Virus record (IMG/VR): IMGVR_UViG_3300044624_001054
Location: 1-64,000 of that record
From: a virus
DNA length: 64,000 nucleotides
Direction: 5' to 3' (one strand)
In this document: positions 46,552 through 56,788 of the stretch, one piece after another
How the letters are laid out: every line of letters starts with the position of its first letter
Numbering within the stretch: the first letter of the stretch is position 1
Program-made: the position numbers and the translations under genes
Notes under the pieces: model-generated
What the model was told of the DNA's origin: nothing
What the model saw: the letters and a program-made list of their open reading frames with translations, nothing else
The model's database searches: none

Positions 46552-46849
46552 TGTCTTCTCCTTCAGAGACTAGTTCTAGAACTCTAGCCCAGATTTCCTG
46601 GGTTTTATGAGAATTTCTTACATTGTCTAGTTTACCATCATTTAGAAAAACGCCACCCCATACACCAAAAGATTCTGTTTTCACGCCATAATCAAAACAT
46701 TCTTTAATTACTGGGCACGACAGGCATTGTCTATCTATATCTCTTGCGATATCCTGATCTAATTCATATTTGTCAAAATAGAGTTCTGTGTCAGTTCCAG
46801 CGCATAGCGCTTCACTTAGCCACATATTTAGAGGGAACTTTCCATCCAT
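46541..46849 (-). CDS. WhiB-family transcription factor
   Basis: W...ALC...C.SCPVIKEC...GVWGG. Confidence 0.85.
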   Translation of the reverse strand: MDGKFPLNMWLSEALCAGTDTELYFDKYELDQDIARDIDRQCLSCPVIKECFDYGVKTESFGVWGGVFLNDGKLDNVRNSHKTQEIWARVLELVSEGEDIDL

Positions 46850-47030
46850 TACTGCCTGGGTAATACTTGTTTGTTACCCCCCACTTTCCATACCGAAACA
46901 TACCGTTCTTCTTGTAGAATCCATCCTTAAGAGGCTTCCAATCTACAATAGTCCAACCATCCCAAAATAGATTAGTATTAGAATCTACAATAGCATGGGC
47001 AGCGTTGTAATCGATAAATACCTGGCTCAT
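46812..47030 (-). CDS. Hypothetical protein
   Basis: 72 aa ORF, LFWDGW. Confidence 0.55.
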   Translation of the reverse strand: MSQVFIDYNAAHAIVDSNTNLFWDGWTIVDWKPLKDGFYKKNGMFRYGKWGVTNKYYPGSNGWKVPSKYVAK

Positions 47031-47414
47031 TATTCCTCACTTGTTGTATAGACGATTTTCTTTATTCCATTTTTTCTTATTGCTTCATAACATCTCTTGC
47101 AGGGTCGGCTATCTCTAGCCTCTCCTCGCCTATTTACTCTAGCAACATAAATAGTTGCCCCGCTTACATCCTTAGCCTTCTTTATTGCATCCACTTCTGC
47201 ATGTACTGAGCAATGATCTTTGATATGCTCACTAGATACAATTCGTGGATGACTTCTATCCTTATTCATTCCTGTGGAAATAACTCTTCCACCCTTTACA
47301 ATTACAGATCCGTGCTTCATGCGACAGTCTGACTGGGATGCCAGGTAGGACGCAACTGAAAGATATGCTTGGTCGCGCTTAGATACGGCGACCTGCTCCT
47401 TTGATAATTCTCAT
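47030..47414 (-). CDS. CMP/dCMP-type Zn deaminase with a frameshifted 5' end
   Basis: KHGSVIV, HAEVDAI, SRPCKRC; the N-terminal helix lies upstream of ATG 47320 with no in-frame start. Confidence 0.7.
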
Positions 47415-47422
47415 GGTATCTC

Positions 47423-47791
47423 CTATACCTTGTATATGCTTACGGGAATATTTTTATTCTCTGCTTCAGAGATGACAACATCAAAAATCTCTGACCTATC
47501 ATTCTTCGTTGATAGATATACTACACTATTAAGGTCGTAGTTGTCAAAGTTTTCTGCAACATCATTTTTAAGTACACGATAGAATCGTGACTTAATTCCC
47601 TTCTGCCGGAAAAATCCTTCAGTTTTGTTTACAAATTCGGCAGCGAACTGATTAATTTTGTACGGTCCTGCAGTATAAATATCAATTCTATTGTCATCAC
47701 TAGAGACATTGTTGTCAATAGCCACGACAACTGCACGGGTAAAAGTATCGTAGTCTGAGAACTTATTGTTCCCATAAACAAGAATTTTCAT
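47423..47791 (-). CDS. Hypothetical protein (SLOG-like start)
   Basis: MKILVYG...FSDY..F. Confidence 0.5.
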   Translation of the reverse strand: MKILVYGNNKFSDYDTFTRAVVVAIDNNVSSDDNRIDIYTAGPYKINQFAAEFVNKTEGFFRQKGIKSRFYRVLKNDVAENFDNYDLNSVVYLSTKNDRSEIFDVVISEAENKNIPVSIYKV

Positions 47792-47800
47792 TATTATTCC

Positions 47801-48298
47801 TTAGTATAGGTCTCTAAATTCGCCTTGTATAAGCCAAGTGTTTGTAAAAATTTTATTTAAAATTATTGCGTCCCACCTAGATGTTAAGTATACATCAGAG
47901 GGTGTCTCAATTTCAATATTTTCAGAGCCTGCCACGATATTAACATCTCCTTCTCCTCCACGAACAATGGTAATCCTAGACCCATTGTGTATATTTGGAT
48001 CAGAAGAGTTATCTGGGATGATGACGTTGCAATATGATGCGGAAAAAATATAAAGTATGTTTTCTGAATACCCTTGGTTTAATGTAAAGTTTAACGATGC
48101 TGTTGAAGGACTTCCTATTACAAATGTTTCTGGGGCTATAAGTATTTTTAAGTTATCATAGTTTACTACATCTGTCCAAGATCCATCAACCACCATTCTA
48201 TAGGTTAGATTTATATCATTATAATATAATGCACCATCTTCTGCCTCTACTGGATCTTCAGATAGGGTTACTGGTTTTATTAATGAATAAAAGTCCAT
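47801..48298 (-). CDS. Putative virion protein
   Basis: C-terminal GSRITIV..G.G.V.I...W....L.K..TNTWL..G domain paralogous to 14567-15151. Confidence 0.55.
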   Translation of the reverse strand: MDFYSLIKPVTLSEDPVEAEDGALYYNDINLTYRMVVDGSWTDVVNYDNLKILIAPETFVIGSPSTASLNFTLNQGYSENILYIFSASYCNVIIPDNSSDPNIHNGSRITIVRGGEGDVNIVAGSENIEIETPSDVYLTSRWDAIILNKIFTNTWLIQGEFRDLY

Positions 48299-48804
48299 TA
48301 CAATTTACCTTCATTAACATTAACAAATCTACCGCCCCAGATACTCTTATTTACATTAACGTATCCAGGGGGAATTGCTGCTAAACGACATTTGCCCATC
48401 TCTTGTATTTCATAAGAAAGAATCTTACACCCCAAGCCACCGTCTTCTTTCTCAAAATGTAAAGAACAGTTGCCACACATTACACCAATAGATGCTTCTT
48501 CATTTTGAGCAGCAGTTTCATAGCCGATCCAAATGCCTGTTTCTTCTGCATTTAGGGGGCCGTAGTTATATGCTATAGATACTAGGGAGTCGTGGAATTG
48601 TTTCTCTGCGTCGGACAATTGTTCGTACAAATTATGCTCTGCCTTAGAAATATCTTTCTTAGATCTTGCTTCAGCGGCATAGAGGGCACGCTGTTGCTCT
48701 ATAGCCTCACGACGGGTTCCATGAGTTCCACGAACGGTTCCATCTGGACTTATTACGGAATACCCAGATTTTCCACGATAGTTTTGTCTAATATCATACG
48801 GCAT
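48298..48804 (-). CDS. Hypothetical protein with Cys-rich C-terminal domain
   Basis: GTHGTRREA..Q.RALYA; CGNC...C...GKCR. Confidence 0.55.
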   Translation of the reverse strand: MPYDIRQNYRGKSGYSVISPDGTVRGTHGTRREAIEQQRALYAAEARSKKDISKAEHNLYEQLSDAEKQFHDSLVSIAYNYGPLNAEETGIWIGYETAAQNEEASIGVMCGNCSLHFEKEDGGLGCKILSYEIQEMGKCRLAAIPPGYVNVNKSIWGGRFVNVNEGKL

Positions 48805-48835
48805 AGTTCAGCCTCCCAAGCATTTTATAAATCTA

Positions 48836-49993
48836 TTATACCTTAAGCAAAGGAATTTTTTCTTTCTTGGATTCCTTAGCCTTTATGTCAATGAGTTCGA
48901 TAGCCTCTGACCATTTATATTTAACTGTAAATATATTATATTTCTCTGCTACAGTTTTATAATTTTTCTCCCGCTCAAATTCCCTGACTTCTGGGTCTAG
49001 CAATTGTTTAAGATTCTTTAGCCACTCTTTATTATTTTTAGCGACTCTTCCTGCCCCAGCATCTGCCAGGTCACGATATTCCTGTGTGTTGGAGGCTACA
49101 AATGGCACCCCCGAAAGGGCATACTCAAGCCCCTTGAGATTACTCTTAGCCTCATTAAATGGGCTAGGTTGTAGAGGAACAATTCCAATATCCATAGGCA
49201 TAAATAGATTGCCATAGTACTCTGGCCTAGCACCAGTATAGCCAGTAATTTTATCTGGATCTATATTTAATGCTTCTGCCGCCCACTTTGGTCTATCTAA
49301 CATGATTCCAGAATGATGAAATCTTAAATCATTCTGCTCAATAACAGTTTTTAGTGGAGCAGAGACTTCAACAAGGTCATTTACTCGCCACATCATTATG
49401 CCTACCCAGCCAACAGTAGGTTTATTTCCAGATAAATCAATGCGGTACATAAACGATCTTGGGTCTAATGAATTAGGAACAATATAAACATTATCGTTAT
49501 ACTGAAGCATTCTTTTTTCTAAGAATTTGGTGCTTGCAATAATTCCATCAGCGGCGGAGTAGGTAGCAATTAGATGCGCCCTATTATTATCTGGAAACTT
49601 CTCTGGATCTGTAGTGATAAAGGCTAGGTTATCTTCTGGAAGTTGCTCAAAATGATCATCAGTATCGACAATTACTGTTTGCCCTAATTTTCTGGCTTCT
49701 CTAATATACTTTGGCGCATCCTTGTGCATAAAAAGTTTGAGAATAACTACGTCTAACTTATCAAAGCACCAGTCATAATTTTTAATTACACCAATTCTTC
49801 CAGCCTTTAATCTTTCATAGGGCTTAACTGCAACAAAACCTTCCCCATCCTTCCACCCAATTTCACCAACCATAGTTTCATGACCGATTTGATTAAGATT
49901 ATGTGCGGGAAGCATCATGCGTATGTTAGTACAGCCACCAGGCTGACCTTCTATATGGTCCCCCCAGTCGGTGGACAAAAAACCTATTCTCAT
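48836..49993 (-). CDS. GT-B glycosyltransferase (GT4-like)
   Basis: DTDD, ADGIIAST..L, VGW.G, DIGIVPL..SPFNEAKSNLKGLEY...GVP.VAS. Confidence 0.8.
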   Translation of the reverse strand: MRIGFLSTDWGDHIEGQPGGCTNIRMMLPAHNLNQIGHETMVGEIGWKDGEGFVAVKPYERLKAGRIGVIKNYDWCFDKLDVVILKLFMHKDAPKYIREARKLGQTVIVDTDDHFEQLPEDNLAFITTDPEKFPDNNRAHLIATYSAADGIIASTKFLEKRMLQYNDNVYIVPNSLDPRSFMYRIDLSGNKPTVGWVGIMMWRVNDLVEVSAPLKTVIEQNDLRFHHSGIMLDRPKWAAEALNIDPDKITGYTGARPEYYGNLFMPMDIGIVPLQPSPFNEAKSNLKGLEYALSGVPFVASNTQEYRDLADAGAGRVAKNNKEWLKNLKQLLDPEVREFEREKNYKTVAEKYNIFTVKYKWSEAIELIDIKAKESKKEKIPLLKV

Positions 49994-50001
49994 TGATTTC
50001 C

Positions 50002-50343
50002 TTAAGATCTGTCTTGAACGACTATAAAAGAAAGAGAGATGGATGATCCATTAGTAATGCTTGAGGTCACATCTCTAAAATATATTGTAGCAGTTTGGCA
50101 GTTGGCTGCAACAGAATAACTATAAGAAAGTTTTGCTCTGGATGATTCGGCAGAATCCAACTGGCCTATAGTAATATAAGTTTTTGCAGCAGCGCCACTA
50201 TGCATAGTAGAAGGTAGGTTGATGGTAGCACTACCTAAATAACTTGTTATATTAGTAGAAGTAACAGAACCAAAATGTAACTCTCTTGGTGATAACGAGG
50301 CCACATTATTTGATAAATTAATTGTTACGCTTGCACTATACAT
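50002..50343 (-). CDS. Ser/Thr-rich putative virion protein
   Basis: Composition resembles the tail proteins. Confidence 0.45.
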   Translation of the reverse strand: MYSASVTINLSNNVASLSPRELHFGSVTSTNITSYLGSATINLPSTMHSGAAAKTYITIGQLDSAESSRAKLSYSYSVAANCQTATIYFRDVTSSITNGSSISLSFIVVQDRS

Positions 50344-50349
50344 ATTTTT

Positions 50350-50742
50350 TTAATCAGAGAGTTTCGACTCTACCGATATATCTCCTTTTGCAAAAGTGAA
50401 TCGATCATTCCTACCATTATGAACTAATGAAAATTCATACACGGCGCTCGCGGTAGAAAGTAATTCTGTGCTTAGTAAATTACTAATGGTTACTTCTGTA
50501 ATTCCATTGGCTGTTTGTGCTGGGCTAACTACTGTTTCGTTAGTTGTCGGTGAAATAGATATTCCTGTAGGAGTAACATCTACAAGAGATGAGTTCTGTT
50601 TATTATAAATTTTAAATTGCCAACTTCCAGTAGTAGAATACACAGCATTATCTGGATTTAGTATTTTGAATGATATCTTAGATGTGTCCCCAGCATACAG
50701 CAATAAATCAATTACTTCTGGTCCAAACTCTATGTTTCCCAT
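50350..50742 (-). CDS. Putative virion protein (Ig-like), leaderless
   Basis: LYAGDT...YEF...TFAKGDI, similar to 20773-21114; TGATATAAT 6 nt before the ATG. Confidence 0.5.
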   Translation of the reverse strand: MGNIEFGPEVIDLLLYAGDTSKISFKILNPDNAVYSTTGSWQFKIYNKQNSSLVDVTPTGISISPTTNETVVSPAQTANGITEVTISNLLSTELLSTASAVYEFSLVHNGRNDRFTFAKGDISVESKLSD

Positions 50743-50776
50743 ATAAAAATTATATCATCATTAATCTATTTAATAT

Positions 50777-50827
50777 GGTATGGCGGGGGAGTTGCCGCAC
50801 ATTTTATTGTGTTTCCCCCGCCATACC
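50777..50827. terminator. 14-bp stem hairpin
   Basis: GGTATGGCGGGGGA...TCCCCCGCCATACC, just after the stop of 50837-51481. Confidence 0.55.
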
Positions 50828-50836
50828 GTGATAAAA

Positions 50837-51481
50837 CTATATTTTTTCAGGTGTGCATTTCTTAGGGAATAGTGACCATCCAGTATTGAACGGTGCAATC
50901 ACCCATGAATATGTCAATGAAGATCCCCAGAGGGAATAATACATTCCTGCATCAACATACCATGAGTCCTTCTTATGAGAATATCCATACCCCCAGTTAT
51001 GCATTAAGCCATGATCAAAGAAGTGTTTCTTTACAATTACGGCTTGTTGATATCTATCTAACATTGCAGACCTGGACCACCAAGATTTTCCAGACCAAGC
51101 GCTGGTCTGTATCTGGGCCCACCCTAGGGCACCTGAATACCAAGGTGAACTTTCATCTAGGCTCTGATGCTTAGACTCACGGTAGGTAATAGCCCACATT
51201 CCTCTAAGCATTCCAGGCTTTGTAAATCCTGCCTTAAAAAGAATTTTTGATGGCTTGTCATTACACTTTTCTGGTAACGTCCAAACCTTTTCTTTTTGCG
51301 CTGTTCTTTCTAGTGTATCAGCGGTGGCAGGATTACCTGCACTTTCCGCCAAGGGCGCAGACTTAGCATACGCCATGCTTGGTGCAGCAATAAAAGTAAT
51401 TGCCAAAACTGCGGCGGCAATCCAATCTACTGCCAAACCAATTTGGTTTTTTGTCGTCATGTTGACCTCCTTGGGCGGCAA
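50837..51481 (-). CDS. Secreted lysozyme-like/lytic transglycosylase protein
   Basis: Signal peptide (AYA/K), AITYRES catalytic Glu motif, G.AQI. Confidence 0.55.
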   Translation of the reverse strand: MPPKEVNMTTKNQIGLAVDWIAAAVLAITFIAAPSMAYAKSAPLAESAGNPATADTLERTAQKEKVWTLPEKCNDKPSKILFKAGFTKPGMLRGMWAITYRESKHQSLDESSPWYSGALGWAQIQTSAWSGKSWWSRSAMLDRYQQAVIVKKHFFDHGLMHNWGYGYSHKKDSWYVDAGMYYSLWGSSLTYSWVIAPFNTGWSLFPKKCTPEKI

Positions 51482-51519
51482 CAGTATTCTACTCTACAGT
51501 AGAAATTTATATAAGTCAA

Positions 51520-51867
51520 TTAATTATAGTAATCTGCATGACCACTATCAATCATTAATTTGTTTATACTAGATATTTGATCGGCAATAAATATTTCTCC
51601 CAGAACCCGACCATATTTATCGTCTTTATCTAATTGTGTTTTTATGGTTACAGTAGATCCTGCTGGCAGAGTTTTTGTTAAAAATTCTGCCGATCTTTTA
51701 CCTGGCTCAGTATATTTTTCTGGAGCATCAATAAGGGAAAGTCTCACCCTTTTAGTAATTTTTATATGAAATCCCAGGTCGATTATTAAATCGACTGTAT
51801 CGCCATCCACAACCCTGGAAACTTCTGCACTATATGTATACATTTTTATCCCATTTAACAATTTCAA
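51520..51867 (-). CDS. Thermonuclease (SNase-like)
   Basis: RVVDGDT, RL..IDAPE, DKYGRVL. Confidence 0.85.
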   Translation of the reverse strand: MKLLNGIKMYTYSAEVSRVVDGDTVDLIIDLGFHIKITKRVRLSLIDAPEKYTEPGKRSAEFLTKTLPAGSTVTIKTQLDKDDKYGRVLGEIFIADQISSINKLMIDSGHADYYN

Positions 51868-51951
51868 TCATATTATTGTAGATATTAATATGAGGTTTCA
51901 TCGTATATTTATTATCTGATTTAATCAAACAATAAAATGTAAAGTATGACA

Positions 51952-52350
51952 TTAAAACGTTGGGCCACACAGATAGTTTTTAGCACCAACAATTAGGGCT
52001 GCGCCAAACTTAGCACCATTATCGTTACCCATATTGTTATTTACTAATGCCTCTGCAAGAATATATGTAATTTCATCTTCAGACAGCCCTTCTGAAAGTC
52101 CAGCGCAGATGGTATTTCCAAGAGAAATAATGTCTGACTCATTGGCAATCTGTCCATACGTCCCGCCGTTTTCTTTAACAAATTGCACAAACTTTTGTGT
52201 GCTTGTTGTGACACCATCATCAACACTTGGTGCTGGAAGGGGCGCTGGCACTTGCTCAGTAATAGTAACGGTTGGTACTGGCTCTGTCTGTGATGTACAT
52301 CCAACTAGTGCCACCGCAGAAATAGCGGCTGCAACAAAAATCTTCTTCAT
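51952..52350 (-). CDS. Lipoprotein (DUF732-like)
   Basis: Lipobox LVGC, Pro-rich linker, G..IC..L..G...A..YLC. Confidence 0.7.
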   Translation of the reverse strand: MKKIFVAAAISAVALVGCTSQTEPVPTVTITEQVPAPLPAPSVDDGVTTSTQKFVQFVKENGGTYGQIANESDIISLGNTICAGLSEGLSEDEITYILAEALVNNNMGNDNGAKFGAALIVGAKNYLCGPTF

Positions 52351-52838
52351 ATTAATCCTTTTCTATAAATGACTTGCCCACGATACTAAGCATATAGTAA
52401 TCGTGGGCGGTGTGTCAATAATTATGACTGGCGAGAAAAGATAGCATCAATTTCTGCTACATGGGACGGGCCAAATCGTGCAGCCTCATGCCTTGCTCTT
52501 TCCCATTCACTCTGAAGTTTATAGTTGCTTGTGGCATCTGTCTTAAACATTCCAGAGAAAAGTATTCCAAGTGCTTTCATTATATCCTCCTTGTGGGTTG
52601 ATACTTTAATCTTATCAGGGTAACTCTAAGGGGTCAAGTTTAGAAGGCTTTTTGTGACCAGCCTCACTCATCATGGTCCCACCGAATAATCATCATTGCA
52701 TATTTCAGCCCCTGTCTAAACCATTCTGATTGTTGAGAATATTCTTCCATGTATGGGGCTTCAATACATTCTTCTATCTGTTCTGAAAATCTGTCCCGCC
52801 AATATTTTTGGCATTCATTATCACTATGCATTTCCATG

Positions 52839-52910
52839 CTGGCCTGGTAGGATTCGAACCTACAACCCATCGGTTAACAGCCGATTGCGCTGCCATTGCG
52901 CCACAGACCA
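52839..52910 (-). tRNA. tRNA-Asn(GUU)
   Basis: Acceptor TGGTCTG/CAGGCCA, loop CTGTTAA. Confidence 0.9.
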
Positions 52911-52922
52911 CTACTTAAAACG

Positions 52923-52993
52923 CTGGAGAATCAGGGGTCGAACCTAAACTAAATGTTCCAAAGACATTTGTGCTGCCATTACACCATTCTCCA
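52923..52993 (-). tRNA. tRNA-Gln(UUG)
   Basis: Acceptor TGGAGAA/TTCTCCA, loop CTTTGGA. Confidence 0.85.
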
Positions 52994-53101
52994 TAACCGA
53001 TGTGCCAGCGGGTAACTACACCATCCCAAGGTTTTCTGCACGTTTGACTAACTTCATGCTGGTATCAACCGCGTAACTCGGCATTGCTGGCACATCGGGG
53101 C

Positions 53102-53476
53102 CTATTCTGTTATATCGAAAGCGGAGCCTTTCCACATTTTATTGGATGACTCTCTTCTCCTCATAATAGCATTCCTCTTCGATTCTGCCCAGGATCTTCC
53201 TGAGTCTCCTCCCCAAAGAAGCCATGCGATAAGACCATTAGATGGATACCCCTCCTCACCTTGACTCCACCCCTTGCCTTTTTTATCAACGGCGTGGCGG
53301 CTAAAGAATGAATGCATCCTTAATACTGTAGACTCACTTAGATTCTTTTTATTAGCAATGTCTCTTGCGCGTGCAATTCCTACTGAGGTTCCCCCACGAT
53401 TAAATTCGTCGCGCAAGGCTAGGCCACGACGGGCATTAGATGCCATGGAATCTGTTGGAACATATGATTCAGCCAT
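53102..53476 (-). CDS. Conserved phage protein
   Basis: GGT.VG.ARA...RM.SFFSRH...IAWLLWGGD.G.SWA. Confidence 0.65.
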   Translation of the reverse strand: MAESYVPTDSMASNARRGLALRDEFNRGGTSVGIARARDIANKKNLSESTVLRMHSFFSRHAVDKKGKGWSQGEEGYPSNGLIAWLLWGGDSGRSWAESKRNAIMRRRESSNKMWKGSAFDITE

Positions 53477-53604
53477 CGTATTTCTCCCATCTCCAAAAAC
53501 TTATATAGTATGCATGAAAATGTGTATCACAAGCATGAGTCTTGGTTTCATTTCTTTCTCCAACCCATGCCGCTGGTTGTTCACAAAATCTGCATTCCAT
53601 AATA

Positions 53605-54165
53605 TTATAGCATTCCAAGTTTGGTCGCATAATCATACATCATAATTCCGCTAGCGACACTAACGTTAAGACTCCTGACGCTACCAAGTTGTGGAATCAT
53701 TACAATATCATCAGCCATGCCAAGCCCCATTGGACTTACCCCTCGCGCCTCTTCACCAAAAATCATAAATGTATTGGGACTCCATTCATATTGAGTGACA
53801 GGAATAGCACCAGGAACATTATCTACTGCTACCCACCGCATATCCCTAATATGAGGCTCATTAAGATAAATATGGTCTAGTGACGGTGCATATTTGAGAT
53901 GAATATAATTTTGTGTTCCTACCGCGCCACGGCGGTCCCATCTTTTGTTACCAATGATCCAGGATTCTTTTGCTAGAAACGCATTAGAGTTTCTAATTCC
54001 AGACGCTTTATTAAAGTCTCCAGAAATATTCTCAAACCCTACAACGAATGGAAGACGCTTAGTATCAAGGTCCGCCTTTATCTGATCATTCTCCCACTCT
54101 TTATAATAGTCAATCACGTTCCTTGTATCCTGGGTCAGGGAATCCACCGTTCCACTCTCCTCCAT
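53605..54165 (-). CDS. SpoU/TrmH-family RNA methyltransferase
   Basis: N...IRNSNAF, FGEEARG, IPQLGSVRSLNVSVASGI. Confidence 0.85.
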   Translation of the reverse strand: MEESGTVDSLTQDTRNVIDYYKEWENDQIKADLDTKRLPFVVGFENISGDFNKASGIRNSNAFLAKESWIIGNKRWDRRGAVGTQNYIHLKYAPSLDHIYLNEPHIRDMRWVAVDNVPGAIPVTQYEWSPNTFMIFGEEARGVSPMGLGMADDIVMIPQLGSVRSLNVSVASGIMMYDYATKLGML

Positions 54166-54490
54166 TGTACGCTCCTGTGCTATAGATTAAATACATCATT
54201 GATTTTTCATCTTCATTAAGTTCATCTGCCTGCACCCAGTCTTCAGATTTATTAGTAAGATAGATGAAGGCATTGCCGTCCTCGTCCATTTTTAAATCTA
54301 TGAATCCTTTGAACCATAGGGAGTTCAATATGTCTGAATCCATCTGTCGCATCCACTCTACAAGTTCTTGTTGTTCTTTGTAAAATAGTTCAGTAACTTT
54401 ATATACTGGATCTCCAACAGGATTATATCCTACCACCTCAATGTACCCTCGTTCAAGCATTATCTCTATTAACTCTTCATTCATATCCAT
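54110..54490 (-). CDS. Hypothetical protein
   Basis: 126 aa ORF following terL. Confidence 0.55.
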   Translation of the reverse strand: MDMNEELIEIMLERGYIEVVGYNPVGDPVYKVTELFYKEQQELVEWMRQMDSDILNSLWFKGFIDLKMDEDGNAFIYLTNKSEDWVQADELNEDEKSMMYLIYSTGAYNGGEWNGGFPDPGYKERD

Positions 54491-54491
54491 G

Positions 54492-56270
54492 TTAAACCAT
54501 CCCTATAGATTGGATATAGTCATCTATATTGTTTTGTCCGCCTGATGGAGGCTGAATGATATTTCTTTTTGCCTCTTGCTCTCTCTGATCTCTGATAAAT
54601 TGTTTATATGTGTGGACTTCTATCTCAACCTCGCCAGATTCTTTTCTGGTGTTAGATATAGAATTATAAATAGATCCACATACAGCATCAGATAGGTCTT
54701 TACTTCCCTTTCTAGGATGGTCAACTTTATCACGAATGATTCTTAACTGCAATAGTTCGTCAGTAAGAAGTTTAATGCTTGGGCCAATGATTCTTTCTTC
54801 TCCCACCAACATAGCCATATCATCATAGTGTTTTTTTGCTACAGATAATGTCTCTGTCTCTATACCAATCATTCTAAGTTCTGTCATAATATCGTGAGAG
54901 TTCCATCTATCAAAGGTTACCTTTTTAATATTAAAGCCGCGAGACCTAAGATCAATGATGAATTGCTTTACTTCAGAGAAGTCTACAGATTTATCTGATG
55001 TGGGTGTCCACCATCTAACACAATCTACAACAACTATTGGGCTTACAACATTATGATTCATAAAACTTTTAAGATGAACCCATCTATCAACGTGGGCCAT
55101 AGCGACGGCGCAATGATCGTGTTTCTGGGCTAGGTCAACATGTATGTAGTATTCTTTTTCATCCTGTGGAATGAACCAATCCTTAAACCTACCGTCATCG
55201 TCTACGCCATTCATTGGCTGATTAAAGCAGGCGAGAATCTTCTCTTTTGATTTAAAGAATGCATCGACTGCATCGGGAGGCATACACGCAAATCTTCCAA
55301 GTGCATCTGTTGGGTTATTGTAAAAAGCAATCTTAAAGTCATTGATTGATCTAGTTGGATTTACTTCCCAGGTTGGTCGCTTTAAGGCAAATACTTTAGG
55401 GTATTTATAAGCATTTATTTGATCTTCTTCCCACTCAATCGTGAACTCATTTTCTTTTACACCATCTAGTTCATCATCTAATTTGAAAGTATGAGATCTA
55501 ATAACTACATCTTTATCGGCAATAACAGCGTTGTATCTTTGCTGAATAAAATCATCACGATACCTAGGGAATGAAAGAAGAACAACCTTCCCAACATCTG
55601 GGAATCGTGAATCTACGGAGGCTCTATACATATCATAGATCGCCTGACCAGTCTTTGCCTGCTCGTTACCACTTGTTGAGACTGTGCTAAAACCAGAGAT
55701 CTCGTCCAGGATCACGCAGATAACATTGTAGCCCTCCCAGGACTCTCGCTCCGAATGTCCTGAGTGACATGTAATAGATTTATCAAATGATACACTCTGA
55801 GCGGTAATGTTGTACTTTCCAACAAACCAAGGAGAGTCTTCAATCCTTTTACGGAAACCTTTGAAGAATACGTTCTTTGCCTGTTCAGAGTTAATAGCGA
55901 TATTAATAATATCAATCGAGTCACCAGGGGGCTTACCAAAATATTTAGCAGGGTCTTTTAAGCACAGCAATAAATATACAAGGTAGGTCACAGAGATAGT
56001 GGAAATATAATCTTTTCCACTTCCCTTTCCAAGTTGAAGAATAACTTCATTACAGGTTTGACGGCTTCTTTTTACGCCCTCCTCTTCCCCATATAGTTTT
56101 ACCAATGTATCTTTTTTATACACTTGAGTCATGGCTTTGATTGCTTGATATTGAAATGCTGAAAGCGGGGGGAGGTGGAGGTAGTCTTCATTTGTAACAA
56201 ACTCTTCAATGTTTACTGGATGCTCATCAAATTCATCCTCTTCTAGAGCAGAGATAAAATCATCAAACAC
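54492..56270 (-). CDS. terL: Terminase large subunit
   Basis: Walker A GKGSGKD, Walker B VILDE, nuclease HVDLA..D, FDRWNS, DHP..GSKDLSDA. Confidence 0.9.
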   Translation of the reverse strand: MFDDFISALEEDEFDEHPVNIEEFVTNEDYLHLPPLSAFQYQAIKAMTQVYKKDTLVKLYGEEEGVKRSRQTCNEVILQLGKGSGKDYISTISVTYLVYLLLCLKDPAKYFGKPPGDSIDIINIAINSEQAKNVFFKGFRKRIEDSPWFVGKYNITAQSVSFDKSITCHSGHSERESWEGYNVICVILDEISGFSTVSTSGNEQAKTGQAIYDMYRASVDSRFPDVGKVVLLSFPRYRDDFIQQRYNAVIADKDVVIRSHTFKLDDELDGVKENEFTIEWEEDQINAYKYPKVFALKRPTWEVNPTRSINDFKIAFYNNPTDALGRFACMPPDAVDAFFKSKEKILACFNQPMNGVDDDGRFKDWFIPQDEKEYYIHVDLAQKHDHCAVAMAHVDRWVHLKSFMNHNVVSPIVVVDCVRWWTPTSDKSVDFSEVKQFIIDLRSRGFNIKKVTFDRWNSHDIMTELRMIGIETETLSVAKKHYDDMAMLVGEERIIGPSIKLLTDELLQLRIIRDKVDHPRKGSKDLSDAVCGSIYNSISNTRKESGEVEIEVHTYKQFIRDQREQEAKRNIIQPPSGGQNNIDDYIQSIGMV

Positions 56271-56788
56271 TAGAAGCCCTCTGCCTTACCTGTAACTTCT
56301 TCTAGTCTTTTAAAGACTTCTCTCTTACAATGCTCACAGTCTGCAACGACTTCCTTTAAAATCCTAACTAAGATCTCTTGCTTCCGCTCGGTCTCAATGA
56401 TCTGTTGAGCAATTTCGCTGTCCTCAATAAGGCCAGCCTTCTGAAGCATATCTATTTGTTTTTGCTGGATATCTGCAACAATTTTAATGCCAGCAGTTTT
56501 TTTACCAAGATCCCCGATTGTCCCCGCCTGACTAATAACATCCCAGCCCTCTTCAATAAGCATGGAGTAATGTCTATCTGCGCCAGATAATGCCTCTCTT
56601 GCACGCATCTGAATCTGTCTATCGCTTTGAATAACAGAACGCCACTCGTCAAGATACTCTTGAACCTCTGCTCTTTTAAAGCCAGTAAGTTTAGCGATAG
56701 ATGCTGGATTAGTAGTTCCTTTTAAGAATACATCTACAACCTTATTTATTTTTTCCCACCGTTCGGCAAGAACTATATCAGTTGACAT
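56270..56788 (-). CDS. Probable terminase small subunit
   Basis: HTH N-terminus, directly upstream of terL. Confidence 0.5.
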   Translation of the reverse strand: MSTDIVLAERWEKINKVVDVFLKGTTNPASIAKLTGFKRAEVQEYLDEWRSVIQSDRQIQMRAREALSGADRHYSMLIEEGWDVISQAGTIGDLGKKTAGIKIVADIQQKQIDMLQKAGLIEDSEIAQQIIETERKQEILVRILKEVVADCEHCKREVFKRLEEVTGKAEGF

